Shown: piece by piece, positions 58,133-64,000 of the stretch
How the letters are laid out: each line of letters opens with the position of its first letter
Position numbering within the stretch: position 1 is the stretch's first letter
DNA from: Nitrospirota bacterium
GTDB lineage: Bacteria; Nitrospirota; JACRHJ01
Assembly (NCBI GenBank): GCA_016212105.1
Contig: JACRHJ010000046.1
Location: 30,136-94,135 of the forward strand
Reading direction: 5' to 3'
DNA: 64,000 bases
Position numbers and translations under genes: made by a program
Notes under the pieces: model-generated
What the model saw: the letters and a program-made list of their open reading frames with translations, nothing else
Told to the model about the DNA's origin: nothing
Databases searched by the model: none

Positions 58133-59158
58133 TCAGTATCTCCTGACGGAGCTGTAGAACTCGCGGAGCTGCCTGATGAGCGGCCTCTTTGTGATGCTCT
58201 CGGCGAAGCCCCTGCATGACGTCCAGCACTCGGAGCATGCCGAGGTGCGCTGCAGGTCCTCGAGTTTGGCGCGGATGTCGTCCATGTCCTCGATCAGTAT
58301 GTTCCCGGCCGGGCTGTCGAGCATCTCTGTGCACCTCGCCACACGGCCCATGTTGTCTATGTTCATCATCAGCCGTCCGGCCTGGCATCTGCCGACCCCG
58401 CCGGTCTCGATCGCCTCGTCGAGCCGCTCTATGTACGACGTAAGCGTCACGAACTCCGGGTATCTCTTCTTGAGCGAGAGCAGGCGTGCCGCGACCTTGT
58501 CCTCCGGGAGCCTGCGCGTCTTCACGCCTCTGTTCCACGAGTACAGGCTCAGCATGTACGTCACGCCGAGCTTGCGCGAAAGCAGCAGCAGCGGCTCTAC
58601 CTCATCGAGGTTGTCGTCCATCAGGACGCTTATCATGTGGACGCGCCTCCGGTTGTCCCTGCGCGCGCGGTTGAGTGTGTCGAGCGCGGAAACAGCACGC
58701 TCCCACGCCCCGTCCATGCCGCGCATCGTGTCGTGCCGCTTCGGGTCGGCATAGTCGAGTGAGACGGATATCTCCTGTAAACCAGCCACGGATAGCTCCT
58801 CGGCGAGATCCGGTGTCACGTGCCAGCCGTTAGTGATGAGTATAGGGAAGTGGCCCTTCGCGTTCAGTATCCGTATTATATCAGGAAGGTCTTCCCGGAT
58901 GAGCGGCTCACCGCCGGCAAGCGATATGATAAACGTTCCGTAGCGTGCAAGCTTGTCGCCGATAACACGTATGTCGTCGAGTGACAGCTCTTCTTCCGCC
59001 TTGTGTTTCGTCTTCCAGAAGTCGCAGATGCTGCACCGGAACTGGCAGCGGTACGTCACCTGCAGGTTGCAGTAGATGAGCCTGCGCGTGGCGAAGCCCG
59101 CGAGCAGGCTCCCGCAGCGCCTCTGGTAGTGGAGTTCTTGTTTTATGGAATATAGCAT
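58133..59158 (-). CDS. radical SAM enzyme with SPASM/twitch-like C-terminus
   Basis: The ATG at 59158 gives MLYSIKQ. The radical SAM cluster is CQFRCSIC, followed by GGEPLI. The C-terminal Cys motif is CQAGR...RCTE...CSECWTSC. Its stop abuts the start of the downstream gene. Confidence 0.75.
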   Translation of the reverse strand: MLYSIKQELHYQRRCGSLLAGFATRRLIYCNLQVTYRCQFRCSICDFWKTKHKAEEELSLDDIRVIGDKLARYGTFIISLAGGEPLIREDLPDIIRILNAKGHFPILITNGWHVTPDLAEELSVAGLQEISVSLDYADPKRHDTMRGMDGAWERAVSALDTLNRARRDNRRRVHMISVLMDDNLDEVEPLLLLSRKLGVTYMLSLYSWNRGVKTRRLPEDKVAARLLSLKKRYPEFVTLTSYIERLDEAIETGGVGRCQAGRLMMNIDNMGRVARCTEMLDSPAGNILIEDMDDIRAKLEDLQRTSACSECWTSCRGFAESITKRPLIRQLREFYSSVRRY

Positions 59159-59270
59159 AATGATAAAGGATATAACCCCGCCTTCTTGTAAGAAGGCGGC
59201 CCAAGAACTTTTGGGCTGCACCAGCGGATATGCGTGAAACGCTACGCAATAGGCCGGAGGCGGCATAAAA

Positions 59271-59311
59271 GTTTTCGGGCCGCCCTTTTACAAAAGGGCG
59301 GGACTTGTTGG
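59271..59311 (+). promoter_or_regulatory. Palindromic ~40-nt motif copy inside the radical SAM operon (gttttcgggccgcccttttacaaaagggcgggacttgttgg)
   Basis: It is a perfect 10-nt inverted repeat, ccgccctttt AC aaaagggcgg. A second hairpin (ccccgccttct-tgta-agaaggcggc, 59177..59200) lies next to it, between two minus-strand genes. Confidence 0.4.
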
Positions 59312-59319
59312 CAGTGCCG

Positions 59320-60330
59320 TTATCTTCTCCCCGCGAACCGGGAGTCCTCTCGCATAGCCGAAACCGGGTGTGCCTGGAACATCGTCAGTCCCATGTGGCA
59401 GAATATGTGGCACCTGCCGGAGCAGTCCGGTATGCCGCCATAAGACTTACGCGCGGTCGTGAGCGCTGCCTCGTAGCCGCCGCGCTCCAGCACGCTCTCG
59501 TCCGCCCGCTTGAACTCCAGGCACGGGTAGTAGAGCCTCCCGTCCGGCCTTATGGCAGGCATGAGGAGGGGTGCGCACCTGAACTCGCGGAAGTATCTGA
59601 TCCCGTCGAGATACTCAGGTACTCCCAGCACTCCGGACCGCGTCTTCTTGGCATCGAGGACCTTCGACATCAGCCGGTCGTAGACAGGGTTGTCTCTAAG
59701 CGCCGGGTTCACGGACCTCCCGGTTATATCCGGCGATATATGGAAACCGAGCCTGTTTTCGAGCGCAAAACCGAGGACGTCAGCGACGTCGTCGAGGTTG
59801 GCGGGCGTCGCCACTGCGCTTAAAACCAGTGCGGTACCCGCATCCGCCGCCGTACGCACCGAGTATTCGAGGCTGTCGAGTATCCCGCGCGCCGCTGTTT
59901 TATTACCGGTGAGGGCCGTAAGTCTGTCCTCGTCGAGCGAGTCCACGCTCAGTACGAGGACGTTGGCCAGCCCGATTATTTCTTTACGTGACTCGAGCCC
60001 GATGCCCTTCGTGTTGAGGACAGTCGCCATCCCTGCGTGTCTTGCATGGGCGAGCACTTCCTCGATGTCGTCCCTTTCGAGCGGCTCTCCGCCGGTAATG
60101 TCGAGCGTGTCCGCGGAGCGGGCAAGCATCCCGACAAGCCTTTTAGCGTCTTCGGTCGACAGCTCATCCACGACATCCTCGCGGAAGCTTGCGCCATCGC
60201 CGTCGGAGCAGTATGCGCACCGGAGCCCGCAGCGGTGGGTTATGTAGTACGAGAAAAGCAGCGGCCGGGACGGCCTGCGCCCCACGGCGACGGAGATCAG
60301 ATTAAGGGCGTAGTTGAGCGCCGAGCCCAT
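59320..60330 (-). CDS. radical SAM enzyme with SPASM/twitch-like C-terminus
   Basis: The radical SAM cluster is CGLRCAYC, followed by GGEPLE. The C-terminal Cys motif is YYPCLEF...CSGRCHIFCH. Confidence 0.8.
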   Translation of the reverse strand: MGSALNYALNLISVAVGRRPSRPLLFSYYITHRCGLRCAYCSDGDGASFREDVVDELSTEDAKRLVGMLARSADTLDITGGEPLERDDIEEVLAHARHAGMATVLNTKGIGLESRKEIIGLANVLVLSVDSLDEDRLTALTGNKTAARGILDSLEYSVRTAADAGTALVLSAVATPANLDDVADVLGFALENRLGFHISPDITGRSVNPALRDNPVYDRLMSKVLDAKKTRSGVLGVPEYLDGIRYFREFRCAPLLMPAIRPDGRLYYPCLEFKRADESVLERGGYEAALTTARKSYGGIPDCSGRCHIFCHMGLTMFQAHPVSAMREDSRFAGRR

Positions 60331-60331
60331 G

Positions 60332-60892
60332 TCAGTCTTTACCCTTTAGGCTCTTTGCGGGCACGCCGCCGACGGAGTCATCGTCCGGAACGTCCCGGTT
60401 CACGAAGCTGTTGAACCCGACGTTCGCGCGCTCGCCTATGGTTACCCCGCACCGTACGGTCGAGAAGCCGCCTAAAACGGAATGCTTTCCTATGCGCACG
60501 CGGCCAAGCCTGAACTCCTTGACCGAGTACTCGTGCGTCATGACGCGCGAGCCGATACCGAGCAGGACGCCGTCCTCCAGCTCGATGAGCTGCGGGTACA
60601 GCGGGTCGATGTACGTCTCGGGCGATATGTACACGTCCCTGCCTATCCTCGCGCCCAGCAGCCTGAGCAGGGATACCTTTACGGACGATAAAGGCACGGC
60701 GTTCACGAACCACATGACGACGAGACGTATGCCGATGACGAGGTCCGGGCCGTGGCCTGTGAATATTGTCTCGCAGACGCAGTACCGCTCAGAGCGCGGT
60801 ACGACGAAAGGCTCGGAGCGGTCGCCCGCGAGCCACTCAGTGAGCGCGGCCCTGTGTCTGGCTACAGCCGACTTGTCTTCCGGGCTAAGCAT
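60332..60892 (-). CDS. hexapeptide-repeat (LbH) acyl/acetyltransferase
   Basis: It has left-handed beta-helix repeats (IGRDVYISPETYIDPLY...IGSRVMTHEY...IGKHSVLGGFSTVRCGVTIGERANVG). Confidence 0.7.
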   Translation of the reverse strand: MLSPEDKSAVARHRAALTEWLAGDRSEPFVVPRSERYCVCETIFTGHGPDLVIGIRLVVMWFVNAVPLSSVKVSLLRLLGARIGRDVYISPETYIDPLYPQLIELEDGVLLGIGSRVMTHEYSVKEFRLGRVRIGKHSVLGGFSTVRCGVTIGERANVGFNSFVNRDVPDDDSVGGVPAKSLKGKD

Positions 60893-62351
60893 GGAACCTC
60901 TCGTCCTTCATCCGGTGGAAGAGGTTATAGGTGCAGGCCGGTATCAGCCTGCCGGGCTCGGAGGGGACAAGGTCCGGGCAGAGCATCGCGCGCGCGCAGT
61001 CGAAGCTGTCCTCGTCCATGTGCGCGTGCACATATACCGTCCTGACGGAGGACTCCGCGAGCCGCTGCCGCATGAAAGGGCTTATCCTGCCCTCGTCAGG
61101 GTACAGCCGCTTTATCAGCTCCCGGAAAGCCTTCATGTGCACCTCGTCGCCCTTCGCGTAGAGCTCATTGATTATCTCGCGGAAGAAGTCCGCCCTGTCG
61201 TCAAGACGCATCAGGTAAGAGTCCGCCATGAACGACATGAGCGTCTCGGCCGGCGCGAACCGCGCGAACGGGTGGAACTTCCTGCCGGACTTCATCATGT
61301 AGCAGGTGAGGTAGCATAGCGGGTGCGCGGACGGCCTGGGGAGGAAGTCCGTGAACTCCAGCATACCGCCTGAGCCCGCCGCGACGAGCTTCGCGGCCTC
61401 GTCCACGGGTATGTGCGCGCGGCCCTCGACCGTCCCGCCGCCCTGGCCGGTGTAGGTCATCGTCTGGACTATCAGGCTAAGTATGCTGTCGTTCTCCAGC
61501 ATCAGGCCGAGTATGCCGCTGGTGGCGTCCTCGTTCACGCCGCGCATCATGACGTTCAGGAGCGTTATCCTCGCGCCCGCGCGTGTCAGGTTGTCTATAG
61601 CGCGGAGCTTTGTATCGACCACGTCCGCACCGTGCATGACCTTCGACGCCGCAGGGTCGAACGTGTTGAACGACAGGTTCACGTATACTCCAAGGTCGGC
61701 GATCCTTCTGCACAAGTCCATGTCGCGCGAGAGACGGAGCCCGTTGGAGTTCATCATGACGCGCCCGACCTCCTGGCGTTTGCAGCAGGCGAGTATCCCG
61801 AGTATGTCCGGGTGGAGCGCCGGCTCGCCGCCGGTAATGTCTATGAGGTCCACGCTGCCGGACGACTCGATAATCCAGTCCACGGTGCGGCGCATCTCGT
61901 CCACCGGCATGTAGTACTTCCTGTCCTGCCGGTTGTACGTGAAGCATATAGGGCAGCGCATCTCGCAGTCGTTCGTTATGGATATGACAGGGAGCTGACA
62001 GGGAGATGCGTGCCATGTGCACGGGCCGCAGTCGTGCGGACAGCCGCGCATCGGTGGATGCGAATGGCCGGCGGGCGAGCTGTCGGCGAACGGCCCCTGA
62101 CAGCTACTGAGGTACCAGTCCACGTCCGAGGCTATCATGGCGGGCTCGCCCTCGCCGCACCTGCATAACGACTGCTGCCAGACCTTGCCGTCCCGGAAGA
62201 AGACGCGCGCGGGCACGACCTCGCGGCAGGAGCGGCAGACGCCCCGGACCGTTGTGAAGTAAGTGTAGTCCCTGGTCTCAAGCACCGGCGTATATCTCCC
62301 GCCAGAGCGTCTCGCGTCCGGATGCGTCTTCCATGTCATGCAGGTCCGCAA
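60885..62351 (-). CDS. radical SAM enzyme with N-terminal Cys-rich zinc-ribbon-like extension (paralog of 56727..58130)
   Basis: The extension reads CRSC...CRCGEG then CPHDCGPCTWHASPC, and the radical SAM cluster is CEMRCPICF, followed by GGEPAL. The C-terminal tail is RTVYVHAHMDEDSFDCARAMLC...GRLIPAC. The start is uncertain because the 5' end overlaps the upstream hotdog gene. Confidence 0.75.
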   Translation of the reverse strand: MRTCMTWKTHPDARRSGGRYTPVLETRDYTYFTTVRGVCRSCREVVPARVFFRDGKVWQQSLCRCGEGEPAMIASDVDWYLSSCQGPFADSSPAGHSHPPMRGCPHDCGPCTWHASPCQLPVISITNDCEMRCPICFTYNRQDRKYYMPVDEMRRTVDWIIESSGSVDLIDITGGEPALHPDILGILACCKRQEVGRVMMNSNGLRLSRDMDLCRRIADLGVYVNLSFNTFDPAASKVMHGADVVDTKLRAIDNLTRAGARITLLNVMMRGVNEDATSGILGLMLENDSILSLIVQTMTYTGQGGGTVEGRAHIPVDEAAKLVAAGSGGMLEFTDFLPRPSAHPLCYLTCYMMKSGRKFHPFARFAPAETLMSFMADSYLMRLDDRADFFREIINELYAKGDEVHMKAFRELIKRLYPDEGRISPFMRQRLAESSVRTVYVHAHMDEDSFDCARAMLCPDLVPSEPGRLIPACTYNLFHRMKDERFHA

Positions 62352-62736
62352 GCGTGAAAGATAATGTCCCGGCGGCGACTTGCGCGCCGGATATGGCCGC
62401 CACTGAGCATTCGGCTATAAAAGAGCCTTTAGACACCTCTACTGGACGCACCTCGATTATCAGCGCATCGCCAATCCCCGGCTTGCCCGGCGATGCGGCG
62501 AACGTCATCTCCGATACTCCATCCAGCAGGCATGTCTTCTCGAACCGCGTACTTGCGGAAGCCAGCCAGCGTGCGGCGGATACGCAGCACTCCATGACAA
62601 GGCTCACCGGGAAGGCCCCCTTCAGGCCGAACGGCTTCAGAAGGCTGTACTCCTCGAGGCTGACCGTCTTCCTGCACCTGACGGCCTTCCATGACTCGAA
62701 GCTCTCTACTCTGTCAGTGAACCTCCAGCGCATCAT
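62278..62736 (-). CDS. hotdog-fold dehydratase (FabA/FabZ-like)
   Basis: The protein is 152 aa. Its N-terminal RWRFTDRVESFE resembles the FabZ LxDRV region. Its position in the operon is ACP-KR-DH. Confidence 0.45.
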   Translation of the reverse strand: MMRWRFTDRVESFESWKAVRCRKTVSLEEYSLLKPFGLKGAFPVSLVMECCVSAARWLASASTRFEKTCLLDGVSEMTFAASPGKPGIGDALIIEVRPVEVSKGSFIAECSVAAISGAQVAAGTLSFTLADLHDMEDASGRETLWREIYAGA

Positions 62737-63446
62737 ATACCGCCGTTCACGTGTATGCTCTGGGCGTTTATGTACGATGCCCTGTCGGAGGCGAGGAAGA
62801 GGGCGACCTCCGCAACCTCCTCCGGCTCTCCGGGCCTGCCTGCCGTGCAGTAGTTGAGGTACTCCTTCATCTCTTTCTCGGGCACGAGGGTGCCGACGCC
62901 CTTGGACAAAAGCCCCGGCACAATCTCGTTCACGCGGATGCCGAAGCGCGCGAGCTCCATGGCGAGCGCGGTCGTGAAGCCGGACACGGCCGCCTTTGCC
63001 GCGGCGTAGTGCACCGGCACCTCGAGGAGCCTGTGGCCCGCAATCGAGCCGATGTTGATTATGACGCCCGAACGGCGCGATATCATGGAGCGGGCCGCCT
63101 CCTTGCTCGCGAGGAACATGGGCTTGAGGTTCGCGGCGATGACCTCGTCCCAGTCCTCCTCCTCGATGAGCGCGAACGGCATCACCTGCGTCCGGCCGAC
63201 GGTGTTCACGAGGACGTCTATGCCGCCGAAACGTCCCGTAACGTCCTCGACCAATCTCGCAACACCCGCGCCTTTTGTCAGTTCGGCCTTGAACGCCAAG
63301 GCGCCCGTCACGGCTTCGAGTTGCCGTGCGGCCTCCTCGCCGTTCCGGTACGTGAACGCGACGGAGTATCCCTCGCGGGCGAACGCGCGGACGACCGCGC
63401 CGCCCACCGCTCCGCTCCCTCCGGTGACAAGCGCGGTCTTAGGCAT
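62733..63446 (-). CDS. short-chain dehydrogenase/reductase (FabG-like 3-oxoacyl-ACP reductase)
   Basis: The NAD(P)-binding motif is TGGSGAVGGAV. The catalytic Y...K is YAAAKAAV. The C-terminal motif is SIHVNGG. Confidence 0.8.
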   Translation of the reverse strand: MPKTALVTGGSGAVGGAVVRAFAREGYSVAFTYRNGEEAARQLEAVTGALAFKAELTKGAGVARLVEDVTGRFGGIDVLVNTVGRTQVMPFALIEEEDWDEVIAANLKPMFLASKEAARSMISRRSGVIINIGSIAGHRLLEVPVHYAAAKAAVSGFTTALAMELARFGIRVNEIVPGLLSKGVGTLVPEKEMKEYLNYCTAGRPGEPEEVAEVALFLASDRASYINAQSIHVNGGI

Positions 63447-63837
63447 GTCCTGCCTCCTTTAGCCTGGCGACAATGTTGACGAACGTCGCAACTCGGAACG
63501 TGCGCGGAAGCGCGGCGGCATGGAGCCCGTCGTGGAGCTCCTCCGGAGGCACCTCCGGGAGCGCGGCCCTTAGCTCTGCGAGCGCCTCCGGCGTGTATAT
63601 ACCGTCAACCTCGAAAGCCGCGCCGCCGAGCCTCTCACGCGCGCGGCGCTCAATGTCCCTGGGTGAAATCTTTATACTGAACCGTTGCTCGAGCTGGAAT
63701 ACCAGGTCGAGCAGGTCGAGCGAGTCCGCGCCGAGGTCGCCGATAATCCTCGCGTCCTCAGACACGCAGGATGCGTCCATGTCCAGCACCTTCGACAGGC
63801 TCTCGCGTACTCCGGCCTGTATCTCATCTCTCGTCAT
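63439..63837 (-). CDS. acyl carrier protein with C-terminal extension
   Basis: The phosphopantetheine attachment motif is DLGADSLDLLDLV. The protein is 132 aa, longer than a canonical ACP. Confidence 0.65.
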   Translation of the reverse strand: MTRDEIQAGVRESLSKVLDMDASCVSEDARIIGDLGADSLDLLDLVFQLEQRFSIKISPRDIERRARERLGGAAFEVDGIYTPEALAELRAALPEVPPEELHDGLHAAALPRTFRVATFVNIVARLKEAGHA

Positions 63838-64000
63838 CTATTATCCTCGTATAGTCGTCAACAGGTTTTCTCTCCGGGGCAGCGGGAGTCTCTGCCGGGT
63901 ATCCGAGCGCGACCAGGCAGACTATTTCGAAGCGTCCTCCGACACCGGCAATCTTCTTCAGCCTGTCTCCCGCCGCGAGCGGGCCGGTCAGGCAGCATGT
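63823..64000 (-). CDS. partial gene, possibly nitroreductase-family C-terminus (runs off window end)
   Basis: Minus-strand translation ends ...IVCLVALGYPAETPAAPERKPVDDYTRIIDDER*, and an LGYP ending is typical of nitroreductases. It overlaps the ACP start by about 15 nt. Confidence 0.25.

Noticed and set aside
59159-59319. The hairpin ccccgccttcttgtaagaaggcggc considered as an intrinsic terminator splitting the radical SAM operon.
   Set aside because: No U-tract follows on either strand. It is listed only as a structured intergenic element together with the palindromic motif.

Overview
This is a GC-rich bacterial chromosomal segment of Gram-negative type, carrying an LPS transport system, sigma-54 and tRNAs with standard sigma-70 promoters. 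It contains no CRISPR array, no transposase and no integrase. Many long antisense ORFs in the track are high-GC artefacts. The left third (0.7-14.3 kb) is a conserved housekeeping block, the middle (14.4-27.6 kb) holds assorted accessory genes and tRNAs, and the right half holds two unusual loci. Locus 1 (27.6-45.4 kb) encodes three giant multiheme c-type cytochromes, and locus 2 (45.7-64.0 kb) is a radical SAM-rich biosynthetic operon. The housekeeping block reads queE, ppx/gppA, lptC-lptA-lptB-rpoN-hpf-ptsN-hprK-rapZ, then a permease-less regulatory PTS (EIIA-Man, HPr, EI) and an OmpR/histidine-kinase pair. The middle section runs: a Type IIG-like fused nuclease-methyltransferase, mazG, a REC-5xPAS regulator and uspA. 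Next is a low-GC islet of three small membrane proteins bracketed by tRNA-Glu and tRNA-Val. After that come a radical SAM/SPASM peptide maturase with a fused PqqD-like RRE plus a candidate precursor ORF, and a 6-tRNA array. In locus 1 the cytochromes are paralogous, 550/1994/2150 aa long, with roughly 12/45/40 heme-binding motifs. These motifs mix CXXCH with many CX3-4CH variants. The three genes sit behind a sigma-54-type -24/-12 element and are followed by a secreted HEAT-repeat protein and a TMTC-like GT-C/TPR membrane protein. Locus 2 is minus-strand, with mostly overlapping or abutting reading frames that suggest translational coupling. It contains five radical SAM enzymes, two of them with an N-terminal zinc-ribbon extension. 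It also contains a class III aminotransferase, a cysteine desulfurase-rhodanese fusion, an ICMT-type methyltransferase, an LbH acyltransferase, a hotdog dehydratase, an SDR reductase and an ACP. The remaining genes are a LolA-like protein and two NHL beta-propeller proteins. I read this operon as a candidate pathway for an unusual ACP-tethered lipid or metabolite. Intergenic DNA carries several families of short palindromic REP/MITE-like repeats and one recurrent ~40-nt palindromic motif.
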